NCBI RefSeq assembly: GCF_964355755.1
Contig: NC_092672.1
Span: 10,726,001-10,790,000, forward strand
From: Antedon mediterranea
Taxonomy: Eukaryota; Animalia; Echinodermata
DNA: 64,000 bases
Direction: 5' to 3'
Shown: piece after piece, positions 53,389-64,000 of the stretch
How the letters are laid out: each line of letters opens with the position of its first letter
Numbering within the stretch: the first letter of the stretch is position 1
The notes under the pieces: model-generated
Told to the model about the DNA's origin: nothing
The model's database searches: none
Seen by the model: only the letters and a program-made list of their open reading frames with translations
Program-made: the position numbers and the translations under genes

Positions 53389-54297
53389 GGATTAGGCCAA
53401 CTTCGGCCACAGACAATTTCGGCCACAGACAATAATACTACCATATCTATGGAACGCCCATAGTGCCATTGATAGGGGAACAATGAGACACGACATTGTA
53501 ATACAGGATTATCGATTTCATTGTGTTTTACTTTTGTTTTTTGTTTTTACACAGGAAAACACGGACACGGACAAACTTGGCAATTAATTAATAATGGAAA
53601 TAAAATACGAACACGTATTTTGTAGCTAGGTGGCATGATGAGATAAGAAACAAATATTTCAGAGTACAAAAAATACAATACGGTGAAAATTAAAATGTAT
53701 AGTTTTTACAAATAAACAAAATGAATTGAATTAGGCCTAAGTGATACTAATTGTATGCGCCAGGGTACAATAGAAATGATTTATAATATAAGAAACAAAG
53801 ATTTACTAAAGTGATAATGAAATGTTTTCAGTAAAGAATTATTAACGTCATGTACATTTTTCCTGATATTCCTCTTTGTTCCTTAGGTCACCTATTAAGC
53901 AATGGAAGGAAAAACGTTTTAATTAAATTTCTTTTTGTTTTTCTTAGCATTTCTTCTTTCATAGCCAAACTATTAATACGTCTGTACTAAGAGCAAACTA
54001 ATAAAATACAATTTACTCCATGATACAACTAAACTGGAAACAACAAATCTAATAAATGCAAATGCAAATTGTAGTGGAATAACGTTAAGAATGATAACAC
54101 TGTAATGTGTAGTAATAATAGGGCCTAGCTAGGCCTAGTCATAAAAATACTAGGCCTGTACAACAACAAAACATGAGATGCGATAACTAATAATTATTAA
54201 TAGCAAAAACAATAGCACGGTCTAATATATGCGTGAATGGCGCGCCATAGAAATATGTTGTGGCCGAAACTGTCTGTGGCCGAAACGGTCATATGCC
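53389..54297. mobile_element. MITE with GG..CC termini and 8-bp TSD (Merlin/MULE-like, superfamily uncertain)
   Basis: Imperfect TIRs with doubled TTCGGCCACA motif; GTTTGTTG at 53381-53388 and 54298-54305. Confidence 0.8.
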
Positions 54298-54739
54298 GTT
54301 TGTTGGTGGGCAAAATCAAATCCCTTTTGCTTGGCGCGCCTCTAAAACACAAACACTTGTACTAGACTACTAGTACTAGGCTAGTAGTATACTGTCAACG
54401 ACTTCTAGGCCTATTCAACGTTTTCTAAATATATTATGTACCTAGGCCTAGGCCTCCTAGCTAGCCTTTTTAGGCCTCTATAGTACTAGGCCTAGGCCTA
54501 GCCTAGGCCTAGTTATAATTAAATTAATTAAGATTGTGTGATAATATAATATACGCCTAAGACTCTATTTAAAAAGATCAACGTCATACACCACCACTAG
54601 ACTAGACTAGATTACGTTCATACAAACAAAGAGCGCGCACTCTTAATTTTGACCTAAATACTAGCTAGGCCTAGCCTAGGCCTAGGCCTAGTTTTTGTTT
54701 TACTCTCTCACTATATCTTTGGTATTGTATGTATACGTA

Positions 54740-55150
54740 AACAAACTTCATTCAAATTTGGCACCCTCACCTCCTCAACGTGGACGACGTATAAGCGTCA
54801 ACCACCGTCAAATGATTATCCTGAATAACTAATTTGCGTCACCTGTTACAGTTTTAGGCAAACATTAATTCATTTTCAATGTTGTATACAGTACTCTTTA
54901 CAATAGGTTCAAAGGACAATAAATGAAAATAAAATTAGAGATTCCTGCTGGCCACTACGTTTCTATCAAAAGAATTAGTTAACGGATGCTGACACTAGTT
55001 GACGCACGAGTTCTGTGACTTCTATCGGGCGCACTATTGACAATTGACGAGATATCATAATTTTTGCGGAGGAGACATCGCGACAAAAAAACTGATATAA
55101 TAAGTGAGGCATTTAACACACTTTCATCACATTTAGGGCGCTAATCGTAA
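54740..55150. promoter_or_regulatory. Putative bidirectional promoter and non-coding first exons shared by HPS3 (+) and Kv-beta (-)
   Basis: CpG-rich island between the divergent genes. Outward-facing donors: AG|GTGAGG on the minus strand (about 54770) and AA|GTGAGG on the plus strand (55104). Flanked both sides by TAGGCCTA clusters. Confidence 0.5.
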
Positions 55151-55938
55151 ACATTATAATTTTAGTAGAAAACATAGTAAATACATTTAAAAAAAACAAG
55201 CCTAGCTAGGCCTAGAGGTAGGCCTATAATATAATGTGGCTAGGCCTAGCGAATTACTGACATCCTACTACTACTAGGCCTAGCTAGTAGGCCTAGCGGT
55301 AGCTGGATGATTCGGCCCAGGAAGGACGATTCGGCCCCGGCCTATTTATTTAAAGCACGTACCCGTACATGTACTCAATATTTAAAAAAAAACGGTTGGT
55401 AGCTAAAATTATCAGACAAAATAGCCGCACGACTTTTATTTGTTGAGTGGAAGGAGGAAGAAAAGATATAATTAATGTACTTACTAGGCCTACTTATTAT
55501 TGTAAAGTAGTAATAACCTATAGTAGGGCCCTAACTAACTAGGCTGGATATCCTACTGTAGCTAGGCCTAGTTAGTAAATCCGTTAGTAATAATACACTC
55601 AATCCAATACCGGACATCTTTGGGCCTAAATATGTCTGGTTTTCTAGAAAATCTGGTATTCAGAATGTGCTTTTAATGGTAAAAAGGAATTTGGACGTCT
55701 GGTAATTGGGAAATTTTCAGTGAGTCCTGTATTGGGAGAGTTTACTGTAGTAATAATACTATAGTACAACTGCATGTGCTTTCACAGTTTCAAATTATGC
55801 AAAAAATAACATTTTGAATTTTATACTTTTTTGGGGATTTGGTTATAATTGGTTTGGCTTGGTATATAGGAGGACTTCCTTCTGGTTTATTATATTAAAG
55901 TATATAGTATTCCCCACCTCTAGTCAACCCTAGTCTTA

Positions 55939-56361
55939 ACCGTATTTATTTGAATAAACGCCCAAAAGCGTTTATTGATCAGGCAGGGCGGAGCTTGGTT
56001 TTATTCAAGGGAGCCGTTATTTTTTGGCTGTAAATGTAATATGATAACATGTTTGCATTTAATCAAATAAATACCCCCTAAATATGAAAAAAATGCAACA
56101 CAATTAATATCGAGAATTGTATCAAAATGCTTGGTAAATTTTAGATGGAATGTCAATCAATGTTCTGTATTCTACTACTACAGAAATAGAAATTTGTTGT
56201 AATACATGCGTTTATTTGAGGAAATAAATAAAGTCCAAGGGAATTTATTTGAGGTGGGGTGTTAATTCAAAATGATGTTCTATTGGGGAGGTGGGGGATG
56301 GAACAATTAATCAAGGGAGGCGTATAATCAAAGCGGGGCGTTTATTGGAATAAATACGGTA
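55939..56361. mobile_element. Tc1/pogo-like MITE family C (ACCGTATTTATT.GAATAAACGCC TIR)
   Basis: Inverted termini at 55939 and 56361; diverged copies at 46160-46442 and 60913-61040. Confidence 0.7.
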
Positions 56362-56541
56362 TTCCCCAAATTCCATACCCAGGCCTTTGTAAAACAAATT
56401 AAAATTTTTACACAAAACCAAATTTTTCATCACATAATATTTTCTTTTAGAAACAATACTTGCAAAGAAAAAAATGATGAAGAGAAGTTAAAAGGAGACA
56501 AAGAAATAAATTAAATCAAGTGATTGAAAAGAGAAAAAAAA

Positions 56542-56755
56542 ATGGTTCAGGTGTATTCGTGCCACCACTTTACCTCTCAGGAAGTGTTCACTTCTCAGTG
56601 CGAGCCCTTAGCGTCATGCTCGTCTGAAGAATTTGTCTTTGTTGCCACAGCTAGACAGACAGTGGAGGCGCATACTATGACAAAGAAAGGCTGCCCTCTA
56701 TTGTGCACTTTTAGTACAGTTGGCATTGTTACAGATTTAAATTACTGCAAAAGAG
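56542..56755 (+). CDS. HPS3: HPS3 first coding exon MVQVYSCHHFTSQ...LNYCKR(G)
   Basis: ATG at 56542; donor AG|GTAAT at 56756; probable acceptor tttcttttag at 56450, giving a short 5'UTR part. Confidence 0.92.
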
Positions 56756-59700
56756 GTAATAGTAAGAATTTACTATCATTATATTTCATTTTAAAGTACT
56801 GTAGTTTCTTTTTCGTGTTAACTTTTCAATCTATCAAAACCTACTATACATTCTTGAGTTTTAAAATCATTGCCAAAGGGACTGCCAAATTGTCATAGTT
56901 CAGAGCTGTTAGCCACCAATACAGTTGGTAAGGTTTCAAACTGACCACTTTTTGGAAGAAGCCTGTGATATTCCCATGGTCTGCATAGGGGATTGTACCC
57001 TCTTGTTGCGCCAATAACTGCCCCACCTTAATTCATGTGGCTGGCTATGGAACTGTCTAATCAGTCTAATCCTGATCATTATAACCAGCAGCATAACTCC
57101 ATTACAGTGCCATAGCAACAGGCATTAAAGTGGTGCAGTGCAGTGGTTGTAAAAAGAGGAAACAATCCCCTATGCAGGCCATGGGGTTGTCAAAAGGTCT
57201 TGTCAAAACGTGGTAAGGTTGAAACTTTACCAATCAGACAGGTGGCTTTGACTCTGCATTATAATTGCCATCATCACTATCTCTATGTATAATAGTCACC
57301 ATGTTTAACTACTCTTATCCAGTAATTATCATTGTCATCACTGTATTGTCATAATATATATCACCATATCTACAACAACTAACATCAGAAGAAGTCATCA
57401 CATCTTAACTGCTGTACTGTATGTTAACACAAACAGTAGGCCTCTTCTTAATGATCAATCATCACGACTACAGTACCACCACTGTCATCAGAGCAGCTTC
57501 ACATCATTACAACTACTAGATGGCACGCTCGCTTCGCTCGCGTACCATCTAGGGGTGCTCACAGATGGTTCTCGAATACAGTAGAATAGAATAGAGACAA
57601 CAAAACCAATACTGGATTCCATAAAGGACAATTAATTTATGTGGACTAAAGAAATTAGGGAAAAATGGAAATGTATGTACCGGGGAATTGGGCGGCACGT
57701 GGTGGTGGTGATGGAACCGCAGTAATAAAGTTGATTGTATTTATATAATATTATAAGAACCAAACTAAATAAATAGACCTAGACATTCTGCATTCAAGCT
57801 CCTATTCAGTGAAAAATTAAACTGTAGTCTACCTAAATATTTAGGGCAAATCATCGGTTGTGGTGGTTGAAATTCCTGTAAACATTTGTGTGAACCAAAC
57901 TGGGTCGAATTTCTGTCATGAGTTCTGATTTGTTGGCCTGTGATTTATGACGCCTAAGGGATCTATCTAGACTTATTTTTTAGAATAATGTACGTACCTG
58001 TCAGATACAATTGTCTTGTGTCGTATAATAAATAAGTACTGTAATAGTTACTGAAGTTACTATTACAATCTCGTCAATGAAAACACGAAAATGTATATGC
58101 ACTTACTTATGAAAACGTATACAGTATTATACTCAGTTGTTGAAACAGTAGGTTTAAAAAAGTTTCGTTTGTCTGTAAAATGATGTAATCAAGCTGTTTA
58201 CATGAGTCTTATTTATAAGCACATCAATAATAAAATAGTTTATCTATCCTGTAATTGGCGAGATTATGGTCGCTGTTGAATGAAATAAAGCCAATCGGTA
58301 TCATATTTGTACAGAAACGTTTTCGCGGCCGAAGGGTGTAACCTAAATTTGGACTAAAGAAATTAGGGAGAAATGGAAATGTATGTACCGGGGAATTGGG
58401 CGGCACGTGGTGGTGGTGATGGAACCGCAGTAATAAAGTTGATTGTATTTATATATTATAAGAACCAAACTAAATAAATAGACCTAGACATTCTGCGAAA
58501 TGGAAATCGGAAATTCAAGCTCCTATTCAGTGAAAAATTAAACTGTAGTCTACCTAAATATTTAGGGCAAATCATCGGTTGTGGTGGTTGAAATTCCTGT
58601 AAACATTTGTGTGAACCAAACTGGGTCGAATTTCTGTCATGAGTACTGATTTGTTGGCCTGTGATTTATGACGCCTAAGGGATCTATCTAGACTTATTTT
58701 TTAGAATAATGTACGTACCTGTCAGATACAATTGTCTTGTGTCGTATAATAAATAAGTACTGTAATAGTTACTGAAGTTACTATTACAATCTCGTCAATG
58801 AAAACACGAAAATGTATATGCACTTACTTATGAAAACGTATACAGTATTATACTCAGTTATTGAAACAGTAGGTTTAAAAAAGTTTCGTTTGTCTGTAAA
58901 ATGATGTAATCAAGCTGTTTACATGAGTCTTAATTTATAAGCACATCAATAATAAAATAGTTTATCTATCCTGTAATTGGCGAGATTATGGTCGCTGTTG
59001 AATGAAATAAAGCCAATCGGTATCATATTTGTACAGAAACGTTTTCGCGGCCGAAGGGTGTAACCTAAATTCGTTGTATTATCGTCAAGAACTAACTGTA
59101 ACTAAACTTACATAGAAAGTAGGGTATCATAAATTTGGCCTTAGCACTCGGGGGAGTGGCTAAGATGTCCGTGGGACTACTAAATATAAATTGTAATGAA
59201 CCTCGAGGGACATAAATAGGAATATTTCATGTTTCATTATCAATGTATAATAAATGGAAACTGTTTACCGATTCAAATAATATAAATTGGTTTTTAACAT
59301 TTTTCGAACCTATTGCAAGTTTATTCTCAAAGGGCCCATATATTTACCTACCGTATGTGTTAAACCAAGGGCTCATAAATTTACCTACAGTACTTGTGTT
59401 AAACCAAACTCTGGCAGACTGAGAGATTGGGATGTTCCATTCATCGCAAATCAATACATTTGTATAATCGTATATTAAATCTATCAAAATAGTATTTTTT
59501 AAAAGAAATCGGCCTGTCTTCAACATTATGATGGTGTACTCTAGCTGTTCAACCGGTTTTCAGCTATTAAAAACAATTATCGTAGGAGGAGATAGAAAAA
59601 TGCGAAGCCTCCTCGCATTTTTTTGGCGGGTATTTTTCAAGACGGACATTCATTAGACAGTGTATACCACGATCGGAAAACACCCCTATTTGGGGCAAAT

Positions 59701-62700
59701 CGTTGAACCTAAATTCGTTTTAATCGTCAATAACTAATTATCTAACTCAATTTAATTAGTAAACAGGGTTACATCAGGCGGTTAAAATCAGTACCGAAAG
59801 TACGAACCAACTTTACATACCATCGAGTGAAAATTCTAGAAGTAAGGCGCGATTTACCGAATTTTGCCCTTACGTAAATTTATATATAGATAATTATTAT
59901 CAGAATAATTTTCATCACATGACATGTTGCTACCACTACCATTGTTGTCTGAACAGACATCACCAATTAAAAACATCATCATCAAGTTAATAATTATTGT
60001 ATAGTACAATACTGTAAGTAAATTTAAAATTTTTGTTTCTAAATTTCTTTTCCATATTAGGCAATTTTGTTGCAGCATTAGAAAGTAAAAGCCTGAAACA
60101 AAAATTAGTCACATTTACAAGAGTCTACATGAACTGGGCTAGAAGCGCACCAGGTCAACCAGGTCGTGTCAGGGTCGCAGGTCACAGCTTACGAAATAAG
60201 AAACTTACAACAAAAGGAGATCAGTTTGAAGTAATTGAAATACCAACGTTTAAATCTCCAAACTCAATACATTGTTGCAATCTAACGGGTAACATTGCTA
60301 TTGGTGTCGACACAAGCGTTTGCCTGTTCCATTTACGTGAACAGGGAACCGACAAAGTATTTTATGACTTTGAGCATCTTATAAACATTGATATGGGATT
60401 TAAAATTTTAAACTCTGCTATATGTTGCAATTATTTAGCTTGTATCTCGCAAAATGAATTACACATTTTCAAAATTGATTTTAAATCCAACCGAACAAAC
60501 AATTTACAAAATGAGGAAGTTGAAATGGGCCAGAAATTAGACAGAATTACGTCGGCTGCTGGCAAAAGTAATTCATTTTTTGTTGAGGATGATGATTATG
60601 TTTCTTGGTCATTTAATGACGTAGAAAGCTATTCTAGTTTCCAAGATTCATGTGATCATAATCAAGGGTTTGAAACACTGCTGGCAGCTGTCAAACTGGA
60701 CAATTTATCAACCAACAAAACATGCTTACTGCCTAGTGTCAAACTGGAAGAGATGTATATCGATAGGTCTTCTGACCCAATGGAAGTGCTTGGGCCAATA
60801 AAAAAGGTTAAAGGTCATCCATTGAAGGTTGATTTACCAGGAAATCTAAGGTATTTTTCTTTTTCAAGCTGTTCATCTCATCTAATGTAATATGAAAATA
60901 GAAGTCTTTTATTACCGTATTTATTTGAATAAATTCCCCCTCGAATAAAGGTCTCTCCCCCCACCCACCCACCCATAGAACAGCATTTTGAATAAACGCC
61001 TCACAAATAGTTTATTTATTTCCTCGAATAAACGCCCCCACATCAAATGTTTATGAGTGTAATAGTACAAATAATGGCATGAGGTGAATGATGAAAGGTA
61101 ATATTTCAACAAGGCGAAGCAAAATGCCATTATTTGCACCATTACACGAATATATTACATAGCCTATGTAAATACGCGAACATGATTGGTTGAAACTGCA
61201 TCACATGACTTCCACTGCGAGGATCGTAAATCGTATATATCCTCGAGAACGATGATATTGACTGAGTAATTTTCGCGTAATTATCGTGTCCGTGTCACTA
61301 ATCATATAAATTCTCGAGTACGATGATATTGACTGTAATTTTCGTGTGGCAACACTCGCGTTTGCCGATAAATAAACACAAGTCATCTACTGGGTCTTGA
61401 ACTCGCGATGAAATTGTCACTCCATAACAAAACAACGCTTCATGCGCTGCGCCACGGAACTTGCTTGACGAAATTAGTCATCTAAACTATTTAAACTATG
61501 CAAACATAGCGCGCTCATTTATTTTTAGTCCTCCCTAGATGTGATGAAACACCGTTTGTGATTGGTTAATGCTCATAGTAGTAACGGGTACGCACTGAAC
61601 ATCTGGTGATTCGGCTCGAAAGAAGACGAATTATTATTTATTTGGCCTACCTGATAATATTAGTATTATTAATGTAGGCTTACTGATGGAAATTCTTCTG
61701 TTATTATTTAAACGACCTAGGCTAGTGAATATGTTAATGTCAAGGAATCATTAATTAGTAATTATCTGTATATTATTCTTTGAAAGGTAAGGTGTCTGGG
61801 CAGCTTGTTTACATACAATACAAAAAGGAGGCCTACCTAGCCTAGCTACCCGACCCAGCAGATATTCTACTTGTTGTTGGCTATGTAATATAACAGATAT
61901 CGCCTTTTATATCGGTAAAATATAAGATTAGACATCCCCTCGGGAATGATATTAAGTTCTTGGGAATTATATATTCCCTCGAACATAATTTCATTCCCTC
62001 AGGGATGTCTAATCTTATATTTAACCTCTAAGCAGTCAATATCTGTATAATAAAACATTCATTATTTGTTTTATATAACAACTCGTTGATATATAACCTT
62101 TGATCATTTACCTCATGTCATTATTTGTACCATTACACTCATAAACATTATTAGTAATTTCACCCAAAATAATAAGCCTCCCTGAATAATTTATACTTCC
62201 AACAGTTGATTAACTTTTTTTTGTTTTCTTAGTTTAGGTGATGACCAGAATGATGTTGTTTTAACAACGTTAGTTTATCGTCGGTTTGAGGCACCTGAAA
62301 ATAATGAGGACGCTTTACATTCACTTCAGTTTCAGTCAACTTTTTCTGGCAAAGGTATGATAAACTTACATGTGATTCACATATAAAATAATGTTTTTAA
62401 AAGTATCCAATTTAGAACTGTCTCAAGATAGGTCTATTATTTTAGGTAATCTTACATATTATGTAAGTAAAATATCGCTAAAATAATAATATGTTGTGGC
62501 AGCAGGCAAGTGTAAAAAATGGAGACTTCTTTCCTCTTTAACAATTTTCTCTTAAAATTTTAATATTCAAATGTACATGTATTTTAAAGTAAAGTACTTA
62601 GTCCTTAGATTTATTAGATTTATCCTTATATAAATGTGTGTACAGTATGTACAACAATATTCATGTTAGTAATTTTATGACTCAGAAGGGTCCAGGGGTC

Positions 62701-63917
62701 ATGAATTTCACATGCAACCCTCCACAAAATTACAGTCCTGATTCATTTTTTCTCTGCCACATATTTAATAATAGTTTATTTGATTTTTACAAGATATTTT
62801 GAAATGTGACTTTGGATGTCTGGGTTCCAATGTAGAACCTGTTGGATTATGCTGCTTTGTCTCAACACAGACCACAGGTGCCCTCTATGATGTGCATTCA
62901 AACGTTCAACTCATTGCCACCTATCCTTACACAGCAGACACGAAGCTAGCTGTAGTAGGGAGAGACATGATTCATGTTGTAACAAAGAACGGTCTAGAGA
63001 CATACACTTCACGATCGTTTGCTGCAGCAATACCAAACATTGAGACGATTGATGACATTGATAATGTAAGACTTTACATGGTTCAATCCTGACCTAGTGC
63101 CATGGTTGTTACTCTCAAATCTCTTTCTACTCTACTCCATAAGCCTCAAATTAGACTTATACCCTTTTCACATCTGCAAAATGTAACAAACCTAACCAGG
63201 TTTGCGTAGCCAAAGACAATTTTGTGGAAAAGCTTCCGTGATTTTACAGGGGTCCCTTGTGAAATCTCGGAAGAAAAAAACACAAAACAAGACACCTGTG
63301 TTTTGGTTCCGAGATGTTCCGAGTTCTTATTGCGTGCACATGTATTGCCCTGGTATTAACTGATCAATCATAGTAATCAAATAGCATGCAACTATTCTTT
63401 CCTCCCGAGATTTCACAAGGTTCGCGTATGCGTGTGTGAAAACATGTAATAAGTCGGGAAATCACACCTGGTTACAACTTGTTACAATTTATGTAGATTT
63501 GAAAATGATATTAGTGTATAATACATTGTCAAACTAGTTTGACTAAAAAAGTGTGATGTGCCCAAATATGGTAGTGATATGACATCATCATGACCATATA
63601 TGGGCACATCCCATTTGTTTATCACATAAAGTTTGATAGTATAGACAAAGCTTTAGCATGATATAGACGGTCCTACAAACTTTGCTTTATTGGTTTTAAA
63701 ATGTCAACTGACATAAACTTGTACCAAATACATAGAGCACTCTCGAATACTTGTACAAAAATACTAAATCATTAACCTCTTTAATTTGTTTTCAGACATG
63801 TCCACCTGCTTCGCAAGAACCCAGTTTGATCGGTCTTCGACCTTTCATTGGTATATTTGACATGGCAAAGTCCGACAACCATCTTATTATGTTATCAAAA
63901 GACTCACAAGCCACGAG
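56542..63917 (+). CDS. HPS3: Hermansky-Pudlak syndrome 3 protein homolog (BLOC-2 subunit), 5' part; gene continues beyond the window
   Basis: Exons 56542-56755, 60061-60850, 62233-62354, 62794-63065, 63796-63917, all GT-AG and in phase. MVQVYSCHHFTSQ..FSTVG..GNFVAALESK..RVYMNW..LVYRRF..LHSLQ..YPY..TCPP..FIG parallels HPS3 (MVQLYNLHPFGSQ..FSTLG..GDYLVAIEEK..RAYVNW..LLYRRF..LHSLQ..ACPP..FIG). Confidence 0.92.
57516..59890 (-). mobile_element. Non-autonomous Helitron, copy 2 (2.4 kb) with an internal ~710-bp tandem duplication
   Basis: Same TC...hairpin-CTAG ends and A|T target. About 600 bp at the 5' end closely match 42500-43041. Repeat units at 57642-58349 and 58350-59070. Confidence 0.88.
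60061..60850 (+). CDS. HPS3: HPS3 coding exon 2 (G)NFVAALESK...VDLPGNL
   Basis: Inside ORF 60033..60890; ttag acceptor, AG|GTATT donor. Confidence 0.92.
60913..62185. mobile_element. Nested repeat cluster: family C MITE, containing a hairpin element, containing a second hairpin element (61155-62050)
   Basis: See the nesting finding. The inner element has ATTACATAGCC/GGCTATGTAAT inverted repeats and a long hairpin at 61890-62048. Confidence 0.65.
62233..62354 (+). CDS. HPS3: HPS3 coding exon 3 (S)LGDDQNDVVLTTLVYRRFEAPENNEDALHSLQFQSTFSGK
   Basis: Poly-T ttag acceptor, GTATGA donor; YRRF and LHSLQ motifs. Confidence 0.9.
62794..63065 (+). CDS. HPS3: HPS3 coding exon 4 (D)ILKCDFG...ETIDDIDN
   Basis: Overlaps ORF 62799..63092; acaag acceptor, GTAAGA donor. 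Confidence 0.9.
63165..63500. mobile_element. Palindromic MITE in HPS3 intron
   Basis: TGTAACAA..TAACCAGGT / ACCTGGTTA..TTGTTACA ends; internal TGTGAAATCTCGG / CCGAGATTTCACA pair. Confidence 0.55.
63515..63655. mobile_element. MITE family B copy
   Basis: Matches 15740-15905. Confidence 0.7.
63796..63917 (+). CDS. HPS3: HPS3 coding exon 5 TCPPASQEPSLIGLRPFIGIFDMAKSDNHLIMLSKDSQAT
   Basis: ttcag acceptor, AG|GTGAC donor; CPP...FIG...HL motif. Confidence 0.88.
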
Positions 63918-64000
63918 GTGACATTATCGCATTCATATATACGATATGTTTACTGGAAAGACTTGCATGAAGTAGCCAACCCTCCAAAATATTGAAATAA

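Noticed and set aside
56844-57230. Minus-strand ORFs in HPS3 intron 1
   Set aside because: Region is an imperfect palindromic repeat (TGCATAGGGGATTGT / ACAATCCCCTATGCA), not coding.

Overview
AT-rich, intron-rich animal genomic DNA. The repeat content and gene set suggest an invertebrate deuterostome such as an echinoderm, but the taxon is inferred. Two genes lie head-to-head. (1) A complete voltage-gated K+ channel beta subunit gene (Kv-beta/KCNAB, aldo-keto reductase fold) is on the minus strand. It has ten shared coding exons (35082 down to 5934) and two alternative N-terminal exons: a 57-codon basic, Cys-bearing leader at 49216-49388, and a 5-codon MDMQY start at 37763-37779. (2) The 5' part of HPS3 (BLOC-2 subunit) is on the plus strand, with five coding exons from 56542 to 63917, running off the window. 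The most striking observation is that the Kv-beta stop codon sits in a leaky TGA-CTA context and the same frame stays open for 153 more codons. That extension starts with a Cys cluster (CCCTFLCC) and ends in a class I PDZ-type motif (QSSV), making this a strong candidate for programmed stop-codon readthrough. Introns carry two non-autonomous Helitrons with intact ends, several MITEs (some with clear target-site duplications), LINE remnants (L2/CR1/RTE), SINE pieces and minisatellites. All exon boundaries were derived by hand from reading frame and GT/AG signals; no database searches were run.
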